NCBI RefSeq assembly: GCF_030144855.1
Contig: NC_082730.1
Coordinates: 14,942,001 to 15,006,000, forward strand
DNA from: Hypanus sabinus
Lineage: Eukaryota
Length of the DNA stretch: 64,000 nt
Reading direction: 5' to 3'
Position numbers and translations under genes: made by a program. The notes under the pieces were generated by a model. That model had not been told where the DNA came from, made no database searches, and saw only the letters and a list, made by a program, of their open reading frames with translations. This document shows positions 40,801-55,800 of this stretch, piece after piece. Positions within the stretch are counted from its first letter, which is position 1, and each line of letters starts with the position of its first letter.

Positions 40801-43800
40801 CGCAGATACATACTCAGTGTCGTTACTGCTGTCCTCATCTGGAGACCTGCTGTGTTCAGGGATAATGGCAGACAAGGCAGTTCAGTCAGGTACAAGGATG
40901 TAGAGACACAGAGAGGTAGAGGAGCTGCTGAGATTCCAGATGTGTGTGTCTTGGTTGAGATACAGAACTGCTGAAATTTTTAGTGTGTTTGATTTTCGTA
41001 TGTTTTTTGGTTGTTTTCCACAGAACCCGTGTCTGTTCCATTACTTCGATTTTCACCACTAACAAGAGGCTCAAGTTGTGGGAACTATGTGTCAGCGTTC
41101 TGTGAGCCTGTGCATGGATCCCTTCCCATTCTGTACTCATGGTACGAAAAGACCCCATCTGGGGATTCAAAGATCTCTGATACCAATAAACTGGATCTAC
41201 ATTGTCAATCCTTAAAACACAATAACTATCTGTATTATTGCAATGCCTCAAATGCGAATGGAACAAAGTCCAGTGAAATGATCAGAATGTCCACTTCCAA
41301 CAATGTCAGGAACTGCAGATATGTGATTGAAGTCAACAGAATGGGTAAGTAGTGCAGAGATTGATTCGTTTTGATGGTCAATGGAGTACAACTGAATGAC
41401 TGATGTGTACTGGATATTGTATTATTGGAACACAATATCCAATACATATGGCTTAGATGGTAAGGGGCTCCTGCTGCTTCGATACGCACCTGTGCCTGGG
41501 ACTCGCTGCCTTGATTTGGCCCATACCTGTCCTTTACTTTCCGGCCTGAAGTTTAAATCAGTCAGACTATCTCTTCTTCCTCCCTCTCATTCTACCAACT
41601 GTTTTGGTCTGATGAAAGATGTTCTTGTTCTGGAAGGAAGCCAGCAAAGGATCAGCAGACTGATTTCTGGGATGTCATGAGTGACACAGAACAGAGAAGC
41701 GGTTGATTAGCTTTTCATTTGCTAGTGTTCAGCAGGCTGAAAGGTGATCTCAGAGAAACCTGCAATATTTTACCAGGCTGATACAAACGCAGTTAGGACA
41801 CTTCCATTACCCAGGAATTCTGGATAGTCAAGAGAATCTCAGCTCCAAGAGGATCACAAACTTGTTCTTAGATTTGGAGTCTTGCATGCCTCAATAACCT
41901 GTAAATGTATGTTGGCTGGAGTGAGGGCTTTATGCATTGGCTCTTTGTAGGGTCACCCATGCCTAAATAGGTCAAAGTGCAGAGGCCAGACTCAGAGTGA
42001 TCCACCACTCCTCCAGGTTCGGGGATTTAGCTCAGGACTAATAAACCTGTGTGTTAAAACAAAATGGTTATGGAAACAGGAATGTAGAATCCTTTTACTT
42101 CAGTGATTTATGGTATTGCTCCATCTCGATTCGGGATGTGCATGACTGTCAGCAGTGAAGACCAAGAGGAATCTACTGACATGTTGAGGGAAGCCCTGAA
42201 CAACTCCAGAGATGGAAAACCTGCACTGTTTCCCTCAAGCCCAGTGGTGTAATGGGCAGTAAGTAAGTAAGCATGGAGGATCAGAAATTACCTGAATGGT
42301 GAGACACTTAAGAAAGGGAATTAGGAAACATTTCTACTCCCAGAATGTGTTGAATCAGTATTCAAGAAAGATGGAGTTATTTTTCTCAGAGGTAGACCCA
42401 TCAAGAGATATGGGAAACAAAAGACTTGCCTTTTAATTGAAAATGTCTCCTGCATTATCCTGTTGGACAAAAAGTGTACTTGAACCATTATCGCCCTGAA
42501 TACTCAAGTACAGCTATGACCACATCTGCAGCGAGTGTTGGGGACCTAGAAGGAGATTTCCGGATGCTGGCTGAGGCCATCTCCCTGGCTGGACCCTTCC
42601 CTAATTAGACAGAATTAGAGACTCCTCATTCCAAGACCTTTAACTTCTCCAGATGCATCTCCACAACATCAGTTTCTGAGTATGGGGAAGAATCTAAGGC
42701 GTCTGTAAATGTAATTGGGTGCACAGTAGAACAGCAACTAGTGATCAGTGATCAGGGCCCAATTCCAGCCACTGTCTGCAAGTTGTTTGTAAGTTCTCCC
42801 AGTGACTGCAGGTGTTTTCTTCGGGTGCCGTGATTTCCTTCAGCATTACAGAGACACACAGGTTAGCTTTGGTAAGTCATAGGCAAGCTGTTCTGGCACT
42901 GGAAGCATGGAACAATTGCAGACTGCCCCCAGCACTTATTTTGTGATGGTCATTGTAAATGATGAATTTCACTGATTGTTCTGATGTACATATAACGAAA
43001 AAAGGTTATCTTTAATATTTTATTGTGCAGTAAGTATTGATCACTTTTGGTCCACCATGCTCAGGTACCTATTGGTCTAACAATTGTGCTCTTTTGTTCC
43101 TCTAAATACAAAACAGACAAAATTGAATTTTATTTTCTTTTAGCAGGGAGAATTCATTTCTGTGAAAACACTGTGACAGAATCGATGACAACTGCACAAA
43201 GAGAAAAAACTACTTCACCTGAAATGTAAAGTATAAGTTCCTCTCTACAGGTGGTTTCAATGTTACTGCTTGAAAATAGAGCCAGTTGGGAGAAAAATAT
43301 GTTTCTCTTTAACTGGTGTTAAACATATTTGACAGGATTAACATTGATGAAATGATGTATTGGAAACTGCGTATTCCTGATTTTCTTGCATATGCATCAA
43401 TCCTGAGATCAAAGATAAATTTCTTTTTCCTAATATTTAAAAATTTAAATAACACATTTGAAGCTCCTGTTTTGATTCATAAAGTGCTTGTTGTGTGTTA
43501 GAACAACTGGCCCATCAGCCTGACACATCCAAATCAACCAAGATGTTCAAGTAGTTCAGCACATTGAATTTTATTTATTCCATACCCTCCTCTGCCAAGG
43601 ATTCCCAACCTAGGATCAAGTTGAATCGAGTGAAGACAAGCTTATGGTCATATAACTGTAGAATGCATACCATCAAATGAGACAATGTTTCTCCAAACAA
43701 AGGTGTAACACACATAGCACTTAGTAACATATGAAAGTAAGGATGAAATCTACAATTGGATTACACATAAATAAACAAACAAAGGTGCATCAATTAAGTA

Positions 43801-46800
43801 TTAAAAGGAACAGGACAGATTAACCAGTGACACTGACTTCATGGACTCCTTAGTTGCACATGGCATAAAAAGTTTGAAAACCCGTGTTCTAAGCCTTTGT
43901 TGCTCATGTATCTGTCAAAATGTCTTTCGAATGTTGTAAATGTATCCCCTTCTATGGATTGCTGTGGCAGATTGTTGCATACACCTGAGACCCTATGTGT
44001 ATAACATTGCTTCTTAGGTATTTTTCCCAACTAAACAGAAGCCTGCACCTGCTTGCTTTTCCGTACCCACCCTTTGTAAAAAGACAGTGATCATTCACCT
44101 CATCAATGCCCCTCATGATTTTATATACCTCTAATAAATGTCCCGTCAATATTCTAAGCTCCAGGGCAAAAATCACTGTCAATCCAACCCTCCATTGTGA
44201 CTCTAGCACTCCATCTCAGGAATGTCCTCATGATTTTTCTGCTCCACACTTTCCAGTCTCATGATATCTTTCCAGTAACCTGAAGACCACAACTGCACAT
44301 GCAATTTGAAAAGTGGTCTCACTAACAGCTTGTGCAGCCATAACATAACATAATAATCTTGTACAGAGTGCACAAACAAAATAAGTGTTCCAAATGGCTT
44401 CTTCATCATCCTGTCTACCTGTTTCATCACTTTCCGGAAACAATGTCCCTGGATGACTAGATCACTTTTTTGCAACATTCTCCGTAGCTTCCTCCTACTA
44501 TTTACTGTACATGTCTTGAACTGTTTTAAATTGCCAAAATGCAAAACCTCCAATTTGAAAAACCTCACGGTAATCCACTAACTCATCCCACCAAGCCAAT
44601 GTTATATTCAATTTGTTTGCTCAGCCTGAACATTTGGGTCGTTATCAAAGGCCTTGCTAAGTCTCAGATAGACAACATCCACTGCCCTTTCCTCATGAAT
44701 CTGCTCAGTCTGTAATGAGCTCATGTGATTGTCAAACTGCTTGCCCTGGGGCATTCACTGCAGGACTTCTTCTGGGTCTGTTGAAGATGTTCCACGGACC
44801 AGATGAGAAAAGAATTTGACATGACATTAGCAACAGTGCAACAATCAATGTGGAAACTGGTGTGGGATTTGGGGGAAGTTGACTTTTGTAGGAGATCTGG
44901 TTTTAAGCAGAGACAGTGTTTCTTTTATTAGATATTCAATGTTGAGTGCAGCGAGATCTGTAGATATTAACTCAGTTTCTCCCCATATACTGATTGGTAA
45001 ACACAAGTGTTCATACATACATAATACATCCATACATACATACATCTTGAATCTGCTTGTGTAAATTTGATTTTACCTGTCCATTTTCAGAAGAATTTCT
45101 CCATCAGTTTCGAGTGATTTATGGGCAGAAGATAAAGTAAGAGGAGTTGTGGGAAGAGCGATCAGAATCGATTGTCACTATGCACCAATGTACCGTTCAT
45201 TCACAAAGTATTTCTGCCGCATAAGGAGTCACCAGTGCACATCGTTAGTGAATACAAATGGGCAAACTGAGCAGACTGGAAGAATGACAATCAGAGATAA
45301 GACATCCCAAGGAATATTTACTGTTACAATGGAGAATCTTGTCTTTCAAGATGCAGGAGTTTACAGATGTGGAATTGCAACATCTGGCAAGACTCTGGTG
45401 TTTGATGTGCAGCTACAAGTATCTGACGGTAGGTTTCTCATTGATTACCTTTATGTCTCCAGTGAAACGTCTGATGCATATTTGTTCCAGTACGTGCCAG
45501 GGAAGCATGAATATCCTGAGGCTCCTCAGCAGTGCAGACGCTGTGGGGAGTGGGCAAGGGTCGGGGAACCCCACATGTTGTCCATCCACTGAGTGGCCAA
45601 CAATTTCCACTGGAAGGCTCAGCACACTTTCCTGCCGTCTTATAGCACGTGGTCCACTTCCCTCAAATCCCTCATTTTCATATCCTCGTCCAAAAGCTTC
45701 TTAAATATAGTTATGATATCCCTTTCTACCAGCTCATCTGACTGTGAGTTCCATGCAGTCAGCACCATCACTGTAAATAAAACTCATCTTGCAAACATTC
45801 TTTAAACGTTCCACCTATTGCCTTCAAACTATGCTCACTATTATTTGATATTTCAACCCTGGGAAAAGATTCTGACCAACTTCCCTACTGTGACTTCTGT
45901 AACTTTATAAACCTCAATCAGGCGTCTCCTCAGCCTACTATAATGCAGCAAAAACAATCCAAGTTTATCAAACTTCTCCCTGTAGCTTCAATCCGGGTAA
46001 CATTTAGTCATTTATTTATTTATCTATCTATCTATCTATTTATTTGTTTGTTTGTTTGTTTGTTTATGTATCTATTTATTTATTTCATTTATTCTTTGAT
46101 GAATAATGAGACCTGCTGTGTTCAGGGATAATGGCAGACAAGGCGGTTCAGTCAGGTACAAGGATGCAGAGAAACAGAGAGGTAGAGGAGCTGCTGAGAT
46201 TCCAGATATGTGGGTCCTGGTTGAGATACAGGACTGCTGAAATTTTTAGTGTGTTTGATTTTCGTATGTTTTTTGGTTGTTTTCCACAGAACCCGTGTCT
46301 GTTCCATTACTTCGATTTTCACCACTAACAAGAGGCTCAAGTTGTGGGAACTATGTGTCAGTGTTCTGTGAGCCTGTGCATGGATCCCTTCCCATTCAGT
46401 ACTCATGGTACGAAAAGACCCCATCTGGGGATTCAAAGATCTCTGATACCTTTAAACTGGATCTACATTGTCAATCCTTAAAAGACAATAACTATCTGTA
46501 TTATTGCAATGTCTCAAATGCGAATGGAACAAAGTCCAGTGAAATGATCAGAATGTCCACGTCCAACAATGTCAGGAACTGCAGATATGTGATTGAAGTC
46601 AACAGAATGGGTAAGTAGTGCAGAGTTTGATTCGTTTTAATGTTCAATGGAATACAACTGAATGACTGATGTGTACTGGATATTGTATTATTGGAACACA
46701 ATATCCAATACACATGGCTTAGATGGAAGGGGTTCCTGCTGCTTCGATATGCACCTGTTCCTGGGACTCGCTGCCTTGATTTGTCCCACACCTGTCCTTT

Positions 46801-49800
46801 ACATTCTGGCCCGAAGTTTAAATCAGTCAGACTATCTCTTCTTCCACCCTCTCATTCTACCATCTGTTTTGGTCTGATGAAGGATGTTCTTGTTATGAAA
46901 GGATGCCAGCAAAGGATCAGCAGACTGATTTCTGGGATGTCATGAGTGACACAGAACAGAGCACCGGTTGATTAGGTTTTTATTTGCTGGTGTTCAGCAG
47001 GCTGAAAGGTGATCTCAGAGAAACCTGCAATATTTTACCAGGCTGATACAAGTGCAGTTAGGACACTTGCATTACCCAGGAATTCTGGATTGTCAAGAGA
47101 ATCCCAGCTCCAAGAGGATCACAAACTTGTTCTTAGATTTGGAGTCTAGCATGCCTCAATAACCTGTAAATGTATGTTGGCTGGAGTGAGGGCTTTATGC
47201 ATTGGCTCTTTGTAGGGTCACCCATGCCTAAATAGGTCAAAGTGCAGAGGCCAGTCTCAGAGTGATCCACCACTCCTCCAGGTTTGGGGGTTTAGCTTAG
47301 GACTAATAAACCTGAGTGGTAAAACAAAATGGTTATGGAAACAGGAATGAAGAATCCTTCTACTTCAGTGATTTATGGTATTGCTCTGTCTCGATTCGGG
47401 ACGTGCATGACTGTCAGCAGTGAAGACCAAGAGGAATCTACTGACATGATGAAGGAAGCCCTGAACACCGCCAGAGATAGAGAACCCTCACTGCCGCCCT
47501 AAAGGCCTGTGGTGTAATGGGCAGTAAGTAAGTAAGCATGGAGGATCAGAAATTATCTGAATGGTGAGACACTTAGGTCAGGGATTAGGAAACATTTCTT
47601 CTCCCTGTATTCAAGAAAGGTAGAGTTATTTTTCTCACAGGTAGACAGATCAAGAGATATGGGAAACAAAAGACTTGCCTTTTCATTGAAAATGTCTCCT
47701 GCATTATCCTGTTGGACAAAAAGTGTACTTGAACCATTATCTCCCTGAATACTCAAGTACAGCTATGACCACCTCTGCAGAGAGTGTTGGGGCCCTAGAA
47801 GGAGATTTCCCGATGCTGCTCAGGCCATCTCCCTGGCTGGTCCTTTCACTAATTAGACAGAATTACAGTCTCCTCATTCTAAGAACTTTAACTTCTCCAG
47901 ATGCATCTCTACAACATCAATTTCTGAGTACGGGGAAGAATCTAAGGCGTCAGCAAATGTAATTGGGTGAACTGTAGAACAGCAATAATAAATGTAATTG
48001 GGTGTACAGTAGAATCAACAGTGATCAGGGCCCAATTCCAGCCACTGTCTGCAAGTTGTTTGAAAGTTCTCCCAGTGACTGCAGGTTTTCTTCGGGTGCT
48101 GTGCTTTCCTCTAGCATTACAGAGATGCACAGGTTAGCTTTGGTAAGTCATAGGCAAGCTGTTATTGCACTGGAAGCATGGAACACTTGCAGGCCCAGTA
48201 AGTGCCCCCCAGCGCTTATTCTGTGATGGTCATTGTAAATGATGAATTTCACTGAGTGTTCTGATGTACATATAACGAAAAAAAGTTATCTTTAATATTT
48301 TATTTTGCAGTAAGTATTGATCACTTTTGGTCCACCATGCTCAGGTACCTATTGGTCTAACAATTGTGCTCTTTTGTTCCTCTAAATACAAAGCAGACAA
48401 AATTGAATTTTATTTTCTTTTAACAGGGAAAATTAATTTCTGTGAAAACACTGTGACAGAATCGATGACAACTGCACCAAGGGAAAAAACTACTTCACCT
48501 GAAATGTAAAGTATAAGATTCTCTCTGCAGGTGGTTTCAATGTTACTGCTTGAAAATAGAGCCAGTTGGGAGAAAAATATGTTTCTCTTTAACTGGTGTT
48601 AAACATATTTGACAGGATTAACATTGATGAATCATGTATTGAAAATGGAGTATTCCTGATTTTCTTACATATGCATCAAGCCTGAGATCAAAGATAAATT
48701 TCTTTTTCCAAATATTAAAAAATTTATATATCGAAGTTGAAGCTCATGTTCTGAGTCATAAAGTGCTTGTTGTATGTTAGAACAACTGGCCCATCAGCCT
48801 GACTCATCCAAGTCAACCAAGATGTTCATGTCGTTCAGCACATTTAATTTTATTTATTCCATACCCTCCTCTGCCAGGGATTCACAACCTAGGATCAAGT
48901 TGAGTCAAGTGAAGTCAAGTTTATTGTCATATAACTATAGAATGCATTCCATCAAATGAGACAAAGTTACTCCAAAGAAGGGTGTAACGCACATAGCACA
49001 TAGTAACATATGAAAGTAAGGATGAAATCTACAATTGGATTACACATAAATAAACAAACAAAGGTGCATAAATTAAGTATTAAAAGGAACAGGACAGATT
49101 AACCAGTGACACTGACTTTATCGACTCCTTAGTTGCACATGGCATAAAACGTTTGTAGACCCCTGTTCTAAGCCTTTCCCGCTTATGTATCTGTCAAAAT
49201 GTCTTTTGAATGTTGTAAATGTATCCCCTTTAATGGATTTCAATGGCAGATCGTTGCATACACCTGAGACCCTATGTGTATAACATTGCTTCTTAGGTAC
49301 TTTCCCAGCTAAACGGAAGCCTGCACCTGCTTGCTTTACCGTACCCTTCCCTTGTAAAAAGACAGTGATCGTTCACCTTATCAATGCCCCTCATGATTTT
49401 ATATACCTCTAATAAATGTCCCGTCAATATTCTAAGCTCCAGGGCAAAAATCACTATCAATCCAACCCTCCATTGTGACTCTAGCCCTCCATCTCAGGAA
49501 TGTCCTCATGATTGTTCTGCTCCACACTTTCCAGTCTCATGATATCTTTCCAGTAACCAGAAGACCACAACTGCACATGCTATTTGAAGAGTGGTCTCAC
49601 TAACAGCTTGTACAGACATAACATAACATAACAATCTTGTACAGAGTGCCCAAACAAAATAAATGTCCCAAATGGCATCTTCATCATCCTGCCTACCTGT
49701 TTCATCACTTTCTGGTAACAATGTCCCTGGAGGACTAGATCACTTTTTTGCAACATTCTCCATAGCTTCCTCCTACTGTTTACTGTACATGTCTTGCACT

Positions 49801-52800
49801 GTTTTAACTTGCCAAAATGCAAAACCTCCAATTTGAAAAACCCCACGGCAATCCACTTACTCATCCCACCAAGCCAATGTTATATTCAATTTGTTTGCTC
49901 AGCCTGAACATTTGGGTTGTTATCAAAGTTAAGTTTCAGATAGACAACATCCACTGCCCTGTCCAGATGAATAGTAATGAGCTCAGTCTGTAATGAACTT
50001 ATATGATTGTCAAACTGCTTGCCCTGGGGCGTTTGCTGCAGGACTTCTTCTGGGTCTGTTGAAGATGTTCCACAGTCCAGATGAGAAAAAAATTTGATAA
50101 GACATTAGCAAGAGCGCCACAATCAATGTGGAAACCGGTGTGGGATTTGTGGGGAGTTGACTTTTGTAGGAGAGCTGGTTTTAAGCAGTCATAGCGTTTC
50201 CTTTATTAGATCCTTCAACTGCGAGTGCAGTGAGATCAGCTTTTCCCCATATCCTAATGGGTACACAGAAGTGTTCATACATACATAATTATACTTTTTC
50301 GATCTTTTTAATAATTTATATTTTTTATTGATTTTAATGCCTTTCAGTGACTTGGTAAAGCACCCAATCTAACTGAAGACCCAACTTCCACTGACATGCT
50401 TTCTTCCTATGGGGCAGGAATTACTAAACTCTGAAAGCATGAACTACAAACTTCAAGGACAGCTTCTTTCTCACTGTTATAAAACTATCGGATGGTCTCC
50501 CAGTATAATAAAATGGGCTCTTGATCTTCTAATCTCCCTGGGCTTGCACCTTACAAGAACATCCTTTCATTTTACTTATTTAAAGATTTGGCCCAGAATA
50601 GGCCATCCTGGCCCTTCAAGCCACACTGCCCCTTTATAATCATGTTGACTATCCAAAATCAGATCTTGCCTTTGCAAATTCAGGTAGACCCTGTCTCAGA
50701 GAATTGCTTCTGGTAATTTACCCACCACAGATCTTTTGCTCACCAGCCTGGAATGGGATTGGAGCAGTAATCTGTTGATTCAGAATTTTGGAAACACACT
50801 GAGACATCACTGGGCAGTGATAACAATGACTCCAATCAAATAAAAATCATTACTTGTGAACAGCTCTGAGGACATGATGAGGGACGATGCTGTTCTCTTT
50901 CCAGTCAATGTGCAATTCAATTACATCAATTGACATTGTTGTAGATTCCTTAGAACACATTATTATTGCTTTCTTTATCATTTGTTTTTTTTTCTGTTCT
51001 GCTTCAGATCTAGAGGAACAATGATTTTGTTCTCCTTTACAATTGTATACAGGAAATGACATTAAGTAATCTTGAATCTGCTTGTGTAAATTTGATTTTA
51101 CCTGTCCATTTTCAGAAGAATTTCTTCCTCAGTTTCGGGTGACTTATGGGCAGAAGATAAAGTAAGAGGAGTTGTGGGAAGAGCGATCAGAATCGATTGT
51201 CACTATGCACCAATATACCGTTCACACACAAAGTATTTCTGCCGCATGCAGAGTCACCAGTGCACATCCTTAGTGAATACAAATGGGCAAACTGAGCAGA
51301 CTGGAAGAATGACAATCAGAGATAAGACATCCCAAGGAATATTTACTGTTACAATGGAGAATCTTGTCTTTCAAGATACAGGAGTTTACAGATGTGGAAT
51401 TGCAACATCTGGCAAGACTCTGGTGTTTGATGTGCAGCTACAAGTATATGACGGTAGGTTTCTCATTGATTACCTTTATGTCTCCAGTGAAACGTCTGAT
51501 GCATATTTGTTCCAGGAAGTGCCAGGGAAGCATGGATATCCTGAGGCTCCTCAGCAGTGCAGACGCTGTGGGGAGTGGGCAAGGGTCGGGGAACCCCACA
51601 TGTTGTCCGTCCACTGAGTGGCCAACAATTTCCACTGGAAAGCTCAGCACATTTTCCTGCCATCTTATAGCACATGGTCCACATCCCTCAAATCCCTCAT
51701 TTTCATATCCTCGTCCAAAAGCTTCTTAAATATAGTTATGATATCCCTTTCTACCAGCTCATCTGACTGTGAGTTCCATGCAGTCAGCACCATCACTGTA
51801 AATATAACTCATCTTGCAAACATTCTTTAAACGTTCCACCTATTGCCTTCAAACTATGCTCACTATTATTTGATATTTCAACCCAGGGAAAAGATTCTGA
51901 CCAACTTCCCTACTGTGACTTCTGTAACTTTAAAAACCTCCATCAGGCCTCTCCTCAGCCTACTATACTGCAGCAAAAACAATCCAAGTTGATCAAACTT
52001 CTCCCTGTAGCTTCAATCCGGGTAACATTTACCCGTCTATTTATTTATTTATCTATCTATCTATCTATCTATCTACCTACCTATCTATCTATCTATCTAT
52101 GTATTTATTTATTTATCTTTCTATTTATCTATTTCATTTATTCATTGATTAAGATAAAGCGGGGAATAGACATTTCAAGCACACAGAGCTGTGCCACCCC
52201 GTAATCCCCCAAATTAACCCCAGCCTAAACCTCCGACAATCAGCAATGTCCAATTAACCTACCAACTTCTCGGTCGTTTGACTGTGGAAGGAAACTGGAG
52301 AACCTGAAAGAAACCCACACAAACATAGGGAGAGCATAGAAACTCCTTACACACAGAAGCAGGAATTAGCTTGGGAAAGCCTTGTGCTAACCATTAGACT
52401 ACAATGCCACCCTTGTGACATTCTGGTGACATCTTTACCATCACTCTTTACCCTCAACTCCACATCTTTTCTATCGCGTTGCAATCAGATTTACAAATTA
52501 CTGTGTGTCACAAAAGTGCCCTAACCAGGGTCTTTTGAATCTACAAAATGCCTTTTCAGCTTTAGTTTCCAGTATGGAAAATGAAAAAGGAGAATGTGCT
52601 GAATGCTTTCATTACCATTATATCCACGAGGGTGCACTTTCAGTGAGCAATGGACTACAACCCCAAGAACACTCCTCATATCAATTCAAAAGGGATCCAG
52701 ATATTAAATTCCAGGTGATGTAAATCTCCCCAATGCACGAGCAGCATTTGACGCCTCAGGGCCTCTACTTGCAGGAGCTTAGAAGAATGAGCACAGAAAA

Positions 52801-55800
52801 GCTGCTGGTTGCGGAGAAGATGTTTCCTAAACTGTGGATCACAAGGACCAGAGGGCACAGACTCAGAAACAAAGAGAGATGAGGAGGAATTTATTTTGAC
52901 AGAGACTGGTGAATCTGTGGAATTCATTGCCGCAGGCAGCTGTAGAGGCCAAATTGTTGGGTATATTGAAAGCAGAACTCGATAGTTTTCTAGGATAACC
53001 ACCAATGCTGCCTTTGCGAGTCAGGCTGTTGGATGCCATTCGGACTGTCACCTTGCTGCTGAGAGAGATTGTTACTCTGATTTTCACGCAGATACATACT
53101 CAGTGTCATTACTGCTGTCCTGATCTGGAGACCTGCTGTGTTCAGGGATAATGGCAGACAAGGCAGTTCAGTCAGGTACAAGGATGCAGAGACACAGAGA
53201 GGTAGAGGAGCTGCTGAGATTCCAGATGTGTGGGTCCTGGTTGAGATACAGAACTGCTGAAATTTTTAGTATGTTTGATTTTCGTATGTTTTTTGGTTGT
53301 TTTCCACAGAACCTGTGTCTGTTCCATTACTTCGATTTTCACCACTAACAAGAGGCTCAAGTTGTGGGAACTATGTGTCAGCGTTCTGTGAGCCTGTGCA
53401 TGGATCCCTTCCCATTCAGTACTCATGGTACGAAAAGACCCCATCTGGGGATTCAAAGATCTCTGATACCAATAAACTGGATCTACATTGTCAATCCTTA
53501 AAACACAATAACTATCTGTATTATTGCAATGTCTCAAATGGGAATGGAACAAAGTCCAGTGAAATGATCAGAATGTCCACCTCCAACAATGTCAGGAACT
53601 GCAGATATGTGATTGAAGTCAACAGAATGGGTAAGTAGTGCAGAGTTTGATTCGTTTTGATGGTCAATGGAGTACAACTGAATGACTGATGTGTACTGGA
53701 TATTGAATTGTTGGAACACAATATCCAATACATATGGCTTAGATGGTAAGGGGTTCCTGCTGCTTCGATACGCACCTGTGCCTGGGACTCGCTGCCTTGA
53801 TTTGGCACATACCTGTCCTTTACATTCTGGCCCGAAGTTTAAATCAGTCAGACTATCTCTTCTTCCTCCCTCTCATTCTACCAACTGGTTTGGTCTGATG
53901 AAAGATGTTCTTGTTCTGGAAGGAAGCCAGCAAAGGATCAGCAGACTGATTTCTGGGATGTCATGAGTGACACAGAACAGAGATGCGGTTGATTAGGTTT
54001 TTATTTGCTGGTGTTCAGCAGGCTGAAAGGTGATCTCAGAGAAACTTGCAATATTTTACCAGGCTGATACAAACACAGTTAGGACACTTCCAATACCAGG
54101 GAATTCTGGATAGTCAAGAGAATCCCAGCTCCAAGAGGATCACAAACTTGTTCTTAGATTTGGAGTCTTGCATGCCTCAATAACCTGTAAATGTATGTTG
54201 GCTGGAGTGAGGGCTTTATGCATTGGCTCTTTGTAGGGTCACCCATGCCTAAATAGGTCAAAGTGCAGAGGCCAGACTCAAAGTGATCCACCACTCCTCC
54301 AGGTTCGGGGGTTTAGCTCAGGACTAATAAACCTGTGTGGTAAAACATAATGGTTATGGAAACAGGGATGTAGAATCCTTTTACTTCAGTGATTTATGGT
54401 ATTGCTCCATCTCGATTCGGGACGTGCATGACTGTCAGCAGTGAAGACCAAGAGGAATCTACTGACATGTTGAGGGAAGCCCTGAACAACTCCAGAGATG
54501 GAAAACCTGCACTGTTTCCCTCAAGCCCAGTGGTATAATCGGCAGTAAGTAACTAAGCATGGAGGATTAGAAATTATCTGAATTGTTAGACACTTAAGAA
54601 AGGGATTAGGAAACATTTCTTCTCCCAGAATGTGTTGAATCAGTATTCAAGACAGATGGAGTTATTTTTCTCAGAGGTAGACGGATCAAGAGATCTGGGA
54701 AACAAAAGACTTGCCTTTTCATTGAAAATGTCCCCTGCATTATCCTGTTGGACAAAAAGTGTACTTGAACCATTATCTCCCTGAATACTCAAGTACAGCT
54801 ATGACCACATCTGCAGAGAGTGTTGAGGAACGCAAAGGAGATTTCCGGATGCTGGCTGAGGCCATCTCCCTGGCTGGACCCTTCCCTAATTAGACAGAAT
54901 TAGAGTCTCCTCATTCCAAGACCTTTAACTTCTCCAGATGCATCTCCACAACATCAGTTTCTGAGTATGGGGAAGAATCTAAGGCGTCTGTAAATGTAAT
55001 TGGGTGCACAGTAGAACAGCAATTAGTGATCAGTGATCATGGCCCAATTCCAGCCACTGTCTGCAAGTTGTTTGTAAGTTCTCCCAGTGACTGCAGGTGT
55101 TTTCTTCGGGTGCCGTGATTTGCTCCAGCATTACAGAGACACACAGGTTAGCTTTGGTAAGTCATAGGCAAGCTGTTCTGGCACTGGAAGCATGGAACAC
55201 TTGCAGGCTGCCCCCAGCACTTATTTTGTGATGATCATTGTAAATGATGAATTTCACTGAGTGTTCTGATGTACATATAGCGAGAAAAGTTTATCTTTAA
55301 TATTTTAATGTGCATTAAGTATTGAACACCTTTGGACAACCATGCTCAGGTACCTATTGGTCTAACAATTGTGCTCTTTTGTTCCTCTAAATACAAAGCA
55401 GACAAAATTGAATTTCATTTTCTTTTAACAGGGAAAATTCATTTATGTGAAAACACAGTGACAGAATCGATGACAACTGCACAAAGAGCAAAAACAACTT
55501 CACCTGCAATGTAAAGTATAAGTTCCTCTCTACAGGTGGTTTCAATGTTACTGCTTGAATATAGAGCCAGTTGGGAGAAAAATATGTTTCTCTTTAACTG
55601 GTGTTAAACATAATAGACAGGATTAACGTTGATGAAATGATGTATTGGTAACTGAGTATTCCTAATTTTCTTGCATATGCATCAATCCTGAGATCAAAGA
55701 TAAATTTCTTTTTCCAAATATTTAAAAATTGAAATATCGCAGTTGAAGCTCATGTTCTGAGTCATAAAGTGCTTGTTGTGTGTTAGAACAACTGGCCCAT

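Noticed and set aside
44203-44568. 121-aa RT-like ORF as an active retroelement or domesticated gene
   Set aside because: It is a degenerate CR1 fragment with an internal deletion, frameshifts in sister copies and no complete RT.
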